Below the pieces are notes generated by a model, which saw only the letters and a program-made list of their open reading frames with translations, had not been told where the DNA came from and ran no database searches. This document shows positions 1 to 11,654 of a DNA stretch of 41,773 nt, piece by piece. The DNA is from Octopus bimaculoides (Eukaryota). The position numbers were made by a program, and so were the translations under genes. Positions within the stretch are counted from its first letter, which is position 1, and every line of letters begins with the position of its first letter. The stretch is from contig NC_068987.1 of the NCBI RefSeq assembly GCF_001194135.2, positions 55,525,196 through 55,566,968 of the forward strand. The letters run 5' to 3'.

Positions 1-46
<46 letters not shown>
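1..46. repeat. (TG)n microsatellite
   Basis: Pure TG dinucleotide run at the window start. Confidence 0.98.
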
Positions 47-50
<4 letters not shown>

Positions 51-84
51 GGAAATGAGATGGTGAACGTTCAACGCTGAAAAG

Positions 85-259
85 AAAAATCTAACAGCAT
101 TTCAACTCTGTTTGAGTATATGTGTGTATGTGTGTGCATGTACAAGGGGAAGTATGTGAATGTTTGTATCTATGATTATTATGTACCTTATTTTATACCT
201 TATTTATATATAAAATACTACAATTAGTCGTCATTTTTTATGACATAGGGTCAGCTACT
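85..259 (+). mobile_element. 3' part of a Helentron/HINE-like non-autonomous element (copy A)
   Basis: Clear homology to 15399-15571 (tttcaactctgt.tgagtata...aaaatactacaatta..cgtca...tgaca...ggtcag.ta.t). Ends in a degenerate GGTCAGCTAGT-like terminus. Confidence 0.45.
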
Positions 260-899
260 TATATATATAAAAGAATAAGATTCAACAATGTATAGTCAAG
301 CAAACTTATACCGTTGTAGCATTAGCAGGGCATTCGAATTACTTCGCCCCAGCGTAGCAACACATTGGTGCTGCGTTCCTCCGAACTTTAAAAGCTAACG
401 CCAGAGGAATACACATAACGACTTCCGTCCAGAGTAATAGCCCGCGCTTTTCAAAGGCGTTTTATCCAGTCGCTGTCTAAATGTCGGAACGTTAACATCT
501 GGTCCCCTTTCGTAGCTGCTTTGCTTTATCCCATTCAGATGTAGACACTAATCCATCGACGAGCTTGTGGCTCGTCTAGCTCGACACGCTATGGGATTTC
601 TACCTCGCCTCACTACCACTTCAAAATTCTTTATTTTAGATTTGCAGCCAAGTACCGGAGCTTACTACCTTGATGTTCATTAGGGAATTAACTCATGCCC
701 TCTACACCCTATTGCTTTGTACGCTTATCTCTGTTGTGACAGCTACTTCATGTGTGAGCAAGGAATAAATTATGTTTGTTAACCAAAAGCATTACCTTCT
801 GATTTTTATCGTTACCTTTATGTAAAACATGCATTTATACGTTTCAAACCTTCTTACGTCTACACATCTAAATATACTTCCTAAANNNNNNNNNNCTCT

Positions 900-1690
900 T
901 AATTTACCTCTTGTTACACCGTTATTGATGGTGCAAATACCAGATAAGAACTAATGACAGAGTTTCAATGATTTCTATTTATAAAAAAATACCCTCCCCC
1001 ATTTATATAAAATGGTACAGAACGTGCTATATGAATACTTATATAGAAGTACTTCAAGAAAGAGGAGCGCTAGACCGGGATGCACTATAATTTGTTGTGA
1101 CATATAATCCATGCAATCAGAATGTTTTCAACGCCGCCAAATCGCATTTCCCGATTAGCAAACAAAATAATTAGTTAAAAAATTAATCACCGATAGAATG
1201 TTTGTTTAAAGTAGACGATAATCAAAAATCTTGAAACGATTGTTGACAAGGGCAAAGTTTGATCTAAACAACAACGACAAAAGCTTCACAGGAACTAAAT
1301 ATGATGACAGTCGTTGTGGTATATGTCAATTTATACATGCGGGTTATGATATAACACAAAGACAGAAAGAAAAATATTAACAAATACAAATAAAAATATG
1401 AAGTATAAAATCAGAAATCTGATTTACTTTATCAAATACTCTAAATGTAAAAATATATTGATCAGGCTGGAAATTAATTAGTAGAGTATATGTGAGTACG
1501 CCGGCAGCAAATTAAGGACACTCATATTAGACGTATGCCTTAATGTAGTATTTTGAAACATGCTGCATTAAATATTTTTCAATATTGCCATTTTTATGGC
1601 TTTTTGACTCAAATAATGCTAAAAGTTCTGGACAACAATATTAATTTGAATTTAAATTTACCTGAACATTGTTGTAGAGCATGAAAGTAC
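900..1690 (+). mobile_element. Decayed Penelope-like element (RT-endonuclease linker and GIY-YIG endonuclease)
   Basis: Frameshifted pieces read FVVTYNPCNQNVF, ILKRLLTRAKF, DSRCGICQFI, RNLIYFIK..KC, YIDQAGN and RRQQIKD. These match the Penelope linker (NLKxLLTRAKF), the Cys motif and the GIY-YIG (IY...YIG) order. Many stops. Confidence 0.75.
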
Positions 1691-2603
1691 TTGCATAAAT
1701 ACAAAAATAGAATACAGAACGTAAGAATCTGGCACTGTTGAAATTTTATAAAATTAGATTATTTTCTGTGCACAATTTTTACAAACTGTGAATTATATAT
1801 TTTTTATTGTATAAAAGCTAAACATCTAGAAAACAACCAACTGAATCAACAGAATCGAAAAGAATTCTATGGTAAATAATAGAAAAGTTAGCAAGGCTTT
1901 ATAACTATGATGGGTACACAAACTTCAATTTTATATGAAATGGAAATAGACTCAGAAGAGGGAAAAACAAGAGAACATTTCAAGTCAGAAAGCAGGAATT
2001 TATCTAAAAACTTATCGACAGTAAAAAGAGCAACAGCAAAAATATTCACCGCAACCAACTTAGATTGCGGAACTTAATGAAACTAATTTATAAAAAGAAG
2101 CTTTTCGTAAGCATATATTGTGGCTGATTACGTGGAAAATACACTTAAAATTCTGAAGCAAAATTTCTGAATGCATGCATATATGAGATATGCTGGAGTT
2201 TATTTAAATTGGATCACATTAGCAGTGCCGATAATTTCTTGTAAGCACCTGATTAAAGAAATTGTAGGAGGACAAAAGGAGAAAATAAAACGTAGGGAGC
2301 TTAGTATTACGGATATTTCTATCATTCTATGTAAGTAATTCCTTTTCAAAGCAAAATATCGATTGTTAGATTCTAAATGAAATATTGAAAATGACAACTA
2401 GCAATAAAGCTGAGATAATGTGAGAAATATGGATTAGGAAGATTTCAAAAGAATATAATAAATCCAAGTCCTTGTGGTAACGAGAAGCATAGTTTCTCGA
2501 GTAATATATTGCAAAATTGTGCTAAGAAATCATCACTACTATGACTACTATATATATATATATATATATCTATATCTATATATATATATATATATATATA
2601 TAT

Positions 2604-3319
2604 NNNNNNNNNNNNNNNNNNNNNNNNNNNNNNNNNNNNNNNNNNNNNNNNNNNNNNNNNNNNNNNNNNNNNNNNNNNNNNNNNNNNNNNNNNNNNNNNN
2701 NNNNNNNNNNNNNNNNNNNNNNNNNNNNNNNNNNNNNNNNNNNNNNNNNNNNNNNNNNNNNNNNNNNNNNNNNNNNNNNNNNNNNNNNNNNNNNNNNNNN
2801 NNNNNNNNNNNNNNNNNNNNNNNNNNNNNNNNNNNNNNNNNNNNNNNNNNNNNNNNNNNNNNNNNNNNNNNNNNNNNNNNNNNNNNNNNNNNNNNNNNNN
2901 NNNNNNNNNNNNNNNNNNNNNNNNNNNNNNNNNNNNNNNNNNNNNNNNNNNNNNNNNNNNNNNNNNNNNNNNNNNNNNNNNNNNNNNNNNNNNNNNNNNN
3001 NNNNNNNNNNNNNNNNNNNNNNNNNNNNNNNNNNNNNNNNNNNNNNNNNNNNNNNNNNNNNNNNNNNNNNNNNNNNNNNNNNNNNNNNNNNNNNNNNNNN
3101 NNNNNNNNNNNNNNNNNNNNNNNNNNNNNNNNNNNNNNNNNNNNNNNNNNNNNNNNNNNNNNNNNNNNNNNNNNNNNNNNNNNNNNNNNNNNNNNNNNNN
3201 NNNNNNNNNNNNNNNNNNNNNNNNNNNNNNNNNNNNNNNNNNNNNNNNNNNNNNNNNNNNNNNNNNNNNNNNNNNNNNNNNNNNNNNNNNNNNNNNNNNN
3301 NNNNNNNNNNNNNNNNNNN
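2604..3319. other. Assembly gap (N run), representative of about 14 gaps mostly flanked by microsatellites
   Basis: N runs also at about 886, 4189, 16739, 23656, 25287, 26801, 31701, 33549, 35870 and 38290. The long X-filled ORFs in the track are artefacts of these. Confidence 0.99.
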
Positions 3320-4587
3320 ATATATACGGTTGAGTGAACAAATGAAGGAAAAAGGCACGCAACACATTTGATAGGTGTTTTATTTAAAACAGTTCGATTC
3401 GGAGTCATACACCTTACAGATTCGTAGCCTCGTTAAAGAACTCCAGCTCGTCGAGCTCAGGTAACCGAATGGAGTAATGCAGGAAGCCCAAGAAGTCGAC
3501 CGGAAACTGGGCTGCTGTTGGTCAAAGCGGGTTACATTGTATTAATAGAAGTGAAATCGAAATTCCGGCGGTAGCAAATCGATTAAAATGAAGAAATATC
3601 TAACCCGTGCGTAGAGGTGGGTGTCTGATGCCCATACGTATGTATCTTCTATGTGTGTGTGTGCGTGTGTGCATGCGCATGCGCGTGAATATGTGTGCTT
3701 TAGTGTCTGCTGTATAAGCGTGCGCGCGTACATGTTTAGGATGCACACACGGGTGTGTGCACGTATGGATGTTTGGTGAACGTTAGTATGTACATTCCTG
3801 TATTTATATGTGTATGTATGTATGAATGTGTGCGTGTTTATCTGGATGAATATGTATGCGTATGTACGTATTTTTACATCTGATGTGTATGTGTGCGTAT
3901 ATAAGCGTGCTTCTGATATTTGTGAGTGAGTGACCATGACTAGTATATGCTATTGTAATTGCATTCCAACACCAAGTCCCAACACTCTTTCAAGGGGCCG
4001 AATCAAACTGTTTTAAATAACAACACACACACGGATATATATATATATATGTGGTATATGTGCATTTCTATGCAGATTTATGGGCGTATATATATCTCTG
4101 TGTATACGTATGTCTATCTATCTAGCTTAGCTAGCTATCTGCCTGTTTGTCTAATGTGCTTTCGCACAGTTTGTGTGTGTGTGTGTGTNNNNNNNNNNNN
4201 NNNNNNNNNNNNNNNNNNNNNNNNNNNNNNNNNNNNNNNNNNNNNNNNNNNNNNNNNNNNNNNNNNNNNNNNNNNNNNNNNNNNNNNNNNNNNNNNNNNN
4301 NNNNNNNNNNNNNNNNNNNNNNNNNNNNNNNNNNNNNNNNNNNNNNNNNNNNNNNNNNNNNNNNNNNNNNNNNNNNNNNNNNNNNNNNNNNNNNNNNNNN
4401 NNNNNNNNNNNNNNNNNNNNNNNNNNNNNNNNNNNNNNNNNNNNNNNNNNNNNNNNNNNNNNNNNNNNNNNNNNNNNNNNNNNNNNNNNNNNNNNNNNNN
4501 NNNNNNNNNNNNNNNNNNNNNNNNNNNNNNNNNNNNNNNNNNNNNNNNNNNNNNNNNNNNNNNNNNNNNNNNNNNNNNNNNNNNNNN

Positions 4588-4625
4588 TGCCAAGGTGCCA
4601 CGCAGTGGGACTGGACCCGAAACCA
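4588..4625 (-). mobile_element. SINE family B head fragment
   Basis: Reverse complement reads ggtccagtcccactgcgtggcaccttggca, matching the copies at 13371 and 21838. Confidence 0.75.
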
Positions 4626-4800
4626 TCTTATTCTTATCACACAGCCATGTCTGTGGTTTTTATATATATATATATATATATATGTGGTATATGTGCATTT
4701 CTATGCAGATTTATGGGCGTATATATATCTCTGTGTATACGTATGTCTATCTATCTAGCTTAGCTAGCTATCTGCCTGTTTGTCTAATGTGCTTTCGCAC

Positions 4801-4839
<39 letters not shown>

Positions 4840-5348
4840 GTGTGTGTAAAACAGGTTTCTGCATGGTTTTCGTCATTCAGATTCTACTCTCATATCATTT
4901 ATCTATCTGGATGTAAGCTATTGTGCATGTCAATATTCCATATATGCTGCACACTGAGACCGAAACCATAGCCGTATGTACTCATGCTTTATGATTCTGT
5001 AGTCACAATGTTATTTCTATTTCATAGAGCCATAAATATGTTTTGAACCTATTTATTCCTCATAATAGTATACTATTTCCCGCACTTATTTATATAAACG
5101 TCGTTAAGTTTAGTATCTGTACAGTCATAGTGATATGCATTATAACGGTATTTGTAGTAGCTATATAGCTATGGCCGTGTATGCTCAACGCATTTATATG
5201 CATGGCGGTAGGTTTAACATCGATATACAACGTGACTATGCTGAAGCAAATGGAGCCATGGAAACTAATCCGACAGATATTTCAGAATAAACAGTAGGAA
5301 AATTGAAGGCTATACAATTTTCTATAGGCTTCAGAATAAAGTACTTAC

Positions 5349-5408
5349 TTCCTGAAGTGGCCGTTCAGTGAACTAATAAATGTATCTTCGAAGTCAAACA
5401 GAGAAATG
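5349..5408 (-). CDS. Candidate 60-nt internal exon of an unidentified gene (ISLFDFEDTFISSLNGHFR)
   Basis: tttgctacag acceptor, GAA|gtaagtac donor, one open frame, phase 2-2. Confidence 0.35.
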
Positions 5409-6257
5409 CTGTAGCAAATACTTCTAAAATGGGTAAAATCCATTATTCATATCTATGTAGCTCAGGGCGCCACAGAAGCGCATGTCTACTTCAATGAATT
5501 ACAATGAGATCCAATCTCATTAGAGAATTGTACGAAACTAAGAGATATAACTTTGCAATTTTGTTTCCTTCCTAGGTTTTGTTTGTTTATGTATTTATAT
5601 TTTTATTATTTGTGTGCGTGTGTTTGTTCGAGACCAACCGTTACTTAACAGACACTGCCAGTCTATTAAATGTTATTTAACTTGGAAAACCGCTTGTTCT
5701 ATTAAAAATTAATCTATTGTTAAAAGATTTCCGTTACCTTCGAGATAAGCATACGATTGAATTAAAAACAGTCTGTTGCAACCAGACAGTCTCCGCAATA
5801 TTTCACATTGCTTTATATCGATAGAATGGTTATTAAAAAGAAACCATAGCTATTTTGAGAGTCTCAGCAGTTTCAATACACAGACTAATGGTGAATTGGT
5901 CGAATAATTATTGTTACGGTTTTAATTGCTGGTATTGTGCTGTGTCCTTATTCCGTATATTTGATTCTCGATGACTCCGACCACAATGTTGAAAACAAGC
6001 CTATAAGTAAATAACTACCAGGTGACAAGTACATTTAACTATTGAAAGTTATTGCGGGAGCACTGTATAATTCACAAGTGATTTGCTTGCTTACAATGCT
6101 GAGCTTAAAATACTCTTATTAGTAAGGTTGACAGAAAATGCATTTTACCAGAATAACTATACTTACATTGCGCAGCACACAGAAATGTGTAAAGTCGTGT
6201 TCAAGTTAGGATCAGCTTCATCCTCATTCCCTCTTATTAACTGTTTACTCATTCTCT

Positions 6258-6485
6258 AATAATGGTTTCTGATTTAGGTACACGGCCAGTAAATTTGTGG
6301 TGGGGTAGGATTAAGTCGGCTCCATCGAGTCCACTTTTTGATTGCTACTCTATTTTAACGATCTCGGAAAGGATGACAGACAAAGTTAACCTTGGATGGA
6401 TTTGAAATCAGTACGTAAAAAAGTGGAAGAAATACTGCAAAGCATTTTCCCTGGCGCTATAACGATTTTGCCAACACGTCGCCTT
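6258..6485 (-). mobile_element. tRNA-head SINE family A copy (diverged)
   Basis: Colinear with the near-consensus copy at 18682-18903: B-box-like gatttcaaatcc, central aactttgtc.gtcatcctttc, 3' tail motif. Confidence 0.8.
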
Positions 6486-6789
6486 CAAATTGCTTTCACG
6501 TTGCCTTCAAGTTGCTTTCACGTTCTCTAACAATAGAGGGTGTCCATAGTTTACCTTAATAATTGAAAAATTTAGAAAAGAAGGATGAAAAATAGGGATA
6601 ACTCAGCTGAGTTTATTGGCAAACAAGTAGTTTTATTAGAAATAACAAAACGTTTGTACATAGGCTCCAGTGGTTGCACGCAACACATCTAGGTGATATA
6701 GTGCAAGCAATTGTGGAAGTTGTAAAGATAATTTATCAACACCCTGAAAATGAATAAATGAATAACAGTTTTTATAATGTTACTCAAAT

Positions 6790-7000
6790 GAACAGGCTTC
6801 TACGCGGTCAACTTACAAGATAGAAACGGCAGTTAAATCTCCCTCGAATTACGTCCTACGATGTTTTGAAAAATTGTTAAAAAAATGGACACATTAGGTA
6901 ATATAGATTTAGGTACTTCTAAAAATCGAGATGGTCATGATTGGAATGATTTTGACCAAAAGTTTGCTTTCTAAGACCCTACCTGGAGTTGAACAATAAC
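6790..7000 (+). mobile_element. SINE family C-like repeat
   Basis: Homologous to 18925-19140 (aaatctccctc / atggtca.g..tgga / aacaa.aac tail). Inverted fragments at about 7020-7150 and 15000-15080. Confidence 0.55.
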
Positions 7001-7184
7001 CCAGTCCTTTCATTATTTACAAGAAACACGGGGTCATATTATTCAACATATTCTTTTCTTCTAATACAGTCGGTTGTGATCTGAGGGATATTTGGCCATT
7101 ATTTCTAACGGGTCGTGCGATCACGTTAAGAAATTCTTGTTGGTTTGTTAATTGACCACAATATATTCATTAGCTATGTGAGTG

Positions 7185-7410
7185 GACATGGTCTTGTGGT
7201 TAGGGTGTTGTGCTCACGATTATTGTGAGATAGTGGTTTCAATTGATCTCACGTTGTTCTGCGATCCCTTCAGTACCTGACATGTGGTACACAGTGCAAC
7301 TGTTCAGACAACATCAATTTGATGGAGGGAGTGAGTTAATGTACAGTACATACATTTGATCACTATAAACAAATTTATTAGTGCAGGTTGTTCAGCAAGA
7401 AGTTGCTCAA
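7185..7410 (+). mobile_element. tRNA-head SINE-like repeat
   Basis: A-box-like catggtcttgtggttaggg and B-box-like ggtttcaatt. The head resembles that of 18130-18430. Confidence 0.5.
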
Positions 7411-7439
7411 CCATCTTTCTCAGACTATTCTACAATTTT

Positions 7440-10260
7440 ATATCCATATGTACTGAAAGGAAGCCATCATAAAAATATCTTGCCGTATTTTGTTAGGTCC
7501 ATTTCTGTTCTGAGTTCGAATCTTACCGGTGCCAAGTTTTCTTTTCACCTCTCCGATATCGATTAAAATCAGTTAAATATTGGAATTAGTTTATGCAACT
7601 GCATCCCCACCAATATATATATTTGTAAGGTTAAATCTGACAGTTTGCACAAATGGAAAAGTAGATGATGATTGGTAGGTAAGCGTTTACTCAAGGTAGC
7701 CGCTCTTGGCTTCCATCACAACCTCAAGACGGCTCCGGAACCAGGCAGAATTTTTAAAGTATTGGGAAAAATACATCATGGTATTTGTTCCGAGTCTTTA
7801 TATTCTGAATTCAAGTCTTGAGAGGTCAACTGTGCTTTACACGTCTTAGGCGTCGACGAAATAAAGTACCAGGCAAACTACTGACCTTGTGCCTAGATTA
7901 CCAGAATCGTTAGAGTGTCGGAAAATTGCTTTACTGTATTGCAGTTCTTTCGGCTCTTTACGTTCTGAGTTCAAATCCAATTTTGCCTTTCATTTTTTGG
8001 GGGTCAACAAATTATAGTACGAGTAAAGTATTGGGGTCGATGGTATCGACCAACTACTATCCCACATCTAAACCGCTAGCTTTGGACCTCAGTTAAAAAA
8101 ATATCACCAGGATGATGGTAGAAAGGCAAAATCGTCGTTAAAATACCATACACAATGTCTTTAAATGTTTAACGTTCTGAGTTCAAATACCGCCAAAGTG
8201 AACTTTTACATTCACCTTTCTGGGTCTAAAAAATATAAAATACTAGCTAAGACTTACACCTCATACAAAAATGTCCGGCTTTGTGCCTATGTTAGAAACA
8301 GTAAATAGGATGCTAGAGTTATAGAAATGCTTGAATATATAACTCAACGACTTTAAGTATTTAGGTATTTCCCTTTACGCTCTCAATCTAAATCTTGCTA
8401 AAGTCTCATTTACCTTTTTTCTTTTTGAATGTACTTTAAAATAAGTAACAATTAACGAACCATACCCCAGAATTTGTAACTTTACTCAACCAACACCCTA
8501 ATTTGTAATCTTTCACAGCACCATCACCTCCAAATCTGTAGCATTGAGTGTAAGAGATTATTAACCCGAGAGTTGGAAGAATCATGCTTTGAGGCATTTG
8601 ACCCGGCTCTTTACATCCTAGGTTCAAATTCTGCTTAAGTTAACTTTGATTTCATCCCTTCGGCTTCGATAAAATGATATACTTGTCACCTGATTTGGTC
8701 CGTAGTATCGACTTATTCCTTTACCTCAAGTTAGCTTTGTGTCTAAATTCGAAACCGCTATTTCCATACCTTCTGTGAAACCATGTATCAGTAGCTGGAA
8801 AGTTCCTCTCCAAACACGCAGACCTAAGCAATAACTGCCCATGTATGCAAGTCCCCTCTCTCTACGTCACCGTTGTAGTCCAAAGTAAAAACAAAAGCCA
8901 TTACAGCTTGATACCAGAGTCGTAGCAAGCATCGCCATCAAAATGCAAAGAGCCAGATCAGATGTAACTTATCCGACTCTCTAATAATTCAATGAATCCA
9001 CCACACTAGGCCTTATGTATCGAATCCTAAAAAGATGACCAGCAAAGCTGACATCGGCGGAATTTGAACTGAGTGCGCAGAGAGTTAAATATCAGGCATC
9101 ATATCTAACACTCTAAACAACTCGACCAATTCGTCGTCAAAATCATCATAGTCACTATTATCAACATTAAGGTAGTTGGCAGAAATAATATAACTTAGGA
9201 AAAAATGCCTTGTGGTATTCAGTTACCAACCTTTACGTTTTTAGTTCAAAACCTCGCCAAGGTCGACTTTGCATTTCATCCTTTCGTGATCTGTAAAAAA
9301 ATGTAACAAATAGAAAGCTGATATAGCTATTAGTTAATGCCAACGCTTGTCTTTGCATCTGATGTTTGACATGAGCCTTGAAACTTTTTTGATAATTTCT
9401 TTTATTTATTTCATTAATTACTGCCAGGTTCACTGTGAGTTAGCATAAATTTATCATAAATTACTGATCTCTTGCATGGATACATTCAAGTAATAATAAT
9501 AGTATCATTACTTGAGTACTATTCGAGTGATAGCACTCGAATATAAAAGATAGAGTAAAATACTAAAAGCCGAAAAAACGTCACAAACTGTTACACAAAG
9601 TTTCACGTAATCGTTCATCAGACAATTGTGATTATACACACACACACGCAAATATTATGTAACGACTAATCCCGTTTCCTCAAATCGATAATCCTGTATC
9701 TAAATCAGAAATTATTACTACGAATACAAAGGTAATGAACTGGAAGAGCCAGTAAAGCATCGGACAAAATGATTGTAGCATTTGTTTCGGCTTTTTAATG
9801 TTTTATTTCAAAACCTACCGGGGTCAACTTTGCCCTTCATCATTTTGCGGTCGATAAAATAAATCACAAGTGAAATTCTGATCTCAGTGGCATCAACTGA
9901 CCTCAACTCACCAAATTTTGGGCCTCGAACCTATGCTAGAAACAATTATTTTAGGAACGTGACAAATGGCAGTAGACGGATAGAATCGTTAGAATGTCGG
10001 AGAAATAGATGATTTGTAGCATTTGTTCAGAGTCTTTAGGTTCTGAGTTCACATCCTGATGAGATCAACTTTGCTTTTCATCCTTTCGAAGTCGATAAAA
10101 TTAAGTTTCTTAACGTTGGAAAAAAATACCATCGCTTGTAAATACCATCTATAAAATAAAGTACCAATGTCATCGATAATCGACACCATGGATAAAATAG
10201 AGTACAGTTGATTGTCAATGTCATACTGAGATCGATGGTGTCGACTATTCTCTTCCTCCA
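7440..10260 (+). mobile_element. Cluster of about 10 diverged SINE family A copies, mostly on +
   Basis: Repeated ttta..ttctgagttcaaat..gcc.aggtc.actttgcctttcatcct core at about 7495, 7800, 7960, 8170, 8610, 9235, 9800 and 10035. One inverted copy at about 9020-9100. Confidence 0.8.
9586..9627 (-). ncRNA. Putative minimal type I hammerhead ribozyme
   Basis: Minus strand AAUUGU CUGAUGA ACG-AUUA-CGU GAA AC-UUUGU-GU A ACAGUU: intact core, 3-bp stem II, 2-bp stem III, GUA triplet, 6-bp stem I with one U-G pair. Confidence 0.6.
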
Positions 10261-10984
10261 TTTTCAGGTCAAGCTACAAACATTTATTACTTCGATGACT
10301 GTTGTTAAATCCAAAAGAGTCTCCATGTTTTGACACACCTCTGTATGATGCTGATTGTTTCTGTATTCATAAATATTTCAGTAAGGCTTCTGTAAACATG
10401 TTCAACACTATTTAGTTTTATTGTTTCAACGAGGTGAATTCAAATTTACAAGAATCAACTTTGACATCACATCCTCACAAGATTTATGGTTAGTTTAAGG
10501 ATAAACCGCTTCACTATACACCTCGATTCGCCCACACACAAAATTCGATCGTGCTTTATAAGAAGCGAAAAAGAGGAAAGGCAATGAAGTGTTATTTGGA
10601 CATATACCCTAATGTTTTCCAATCTCACACTTTGCAAAATTTAGTGCAACTGCTGTTAGTTTGAATAAATTGATAGCAGTTAATGATAGCTTTTCCAATA
10701 GGATGTGACACTGGCATAATGAATTGATAAATAAATATAATAAAAATAGTGTGTTTGTATAATAATGCAGCCACGTACCAACTCATGAGGCAGGTTTTTA
10801 AGTATATCGTTTCACTAATTTCCTGGCAGAAATGAAATAACCGAATGAATAAGATATTACTACTAAATCACGAGCCACGAGTTCGCATCAGCTGGATCTG
10901 TGTCTGCCTTACGTTAAAATATTTCATTTCATATTGTTAAATTCGTACAAATTTAAAACTTCAAAAGAAGGTGATATAATTAGT

Positions 10985-11140
10985 TTTTGGAACAGTGAAA
11001 CTCGAAGCAGATAAAGCTATAAATAATAGCGTATAAATATTGGGTTAAATATTGTTTTGATCCAAAGGATTTTTTTTAGAACATTATTTTCCCATGGAAT
11101 ATTTGAAGATTTATCTGCCTCGAGTTTCACCATTCCAAAA
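10985..11140. mobile_element. 156-bp MITE-like element with 31-bp inverted repeats
   Basis: ttttggaacagtgaaactcgaagcagataaa (10985-11015) against the reverse complement of 11110-11140: 28/31 identical. No TSD seen. Confidence 0.5.
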
Positions 11141-11513
11141 AAAGAATAATTTTATACTGTTAAAGTTCACCTACTGGTTGGTTATTAGATATTGCAATAA
11201 AATTGCTTGCGATAAGTAGGTATCTTTTCCTGGAGAAATTCTATCTTTTGTTCGTTTAGCAATAACAGAAAAGGGAATGAAGTATTGGAATTAATGACGC
11301 TTAAAAATCGTGATAAGAGGATATTTATTCTTGGGAATGCAATTCTTCGCTGCAGGCATTGCAATGATTTGTAATTGCCGAACAAATAAGCTGCTTCTGT
11401 ATAATCACACAGCAACAACGTTTATACTTTACAATTTACAACGCTCTACATCTTACACATGAAAACAAAGTCGCATCTACATCATAAAAAATATTACACA
11501 TGTATTACTTACT

Positions 11514-11654
11514 GGCGGAGGTAAAGAATAAATACACCACCCGTTTTCGGCGTAACAGAAACCCTAACCCTAATCCTAACCCTAAAACCTAACCCTAACC
11601 CTAAACTCTAACCCTAACCCTAAACACCGGGTATACGTATTCTTTACTTTCGCC
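11514..11654. mobile_element. 141-bp Mutator-like MITE enclosing a telomere-like (CCCTAA)n array
   Basis: 25-bp TIRs starting GGCG (20/25 identical). Direct repeat ttacttact on both sides (11505-11513 and 11655-11663). About 11 CCCTAA-type units at 11560-11624. Confidence 0.7.

Noticed and set aside
4037-4847. Identical ~120-bp non-simple sequence at about 4051-4170 and 4684-4803 on both sides of a gap
   Set aside because: 100% identity, bounded by microsatellites and straddling an N gap, is the usual signature of a scaffolding overlap artefact. A recent tandem duplication cannot be excluded without long reads.
11560-11624. Interstitial telomere as evidence of chromosome fusion
   Set aside because: The array is short, single-orientation and enclosed by TIRs and a TSD, so a transposon explains it better.
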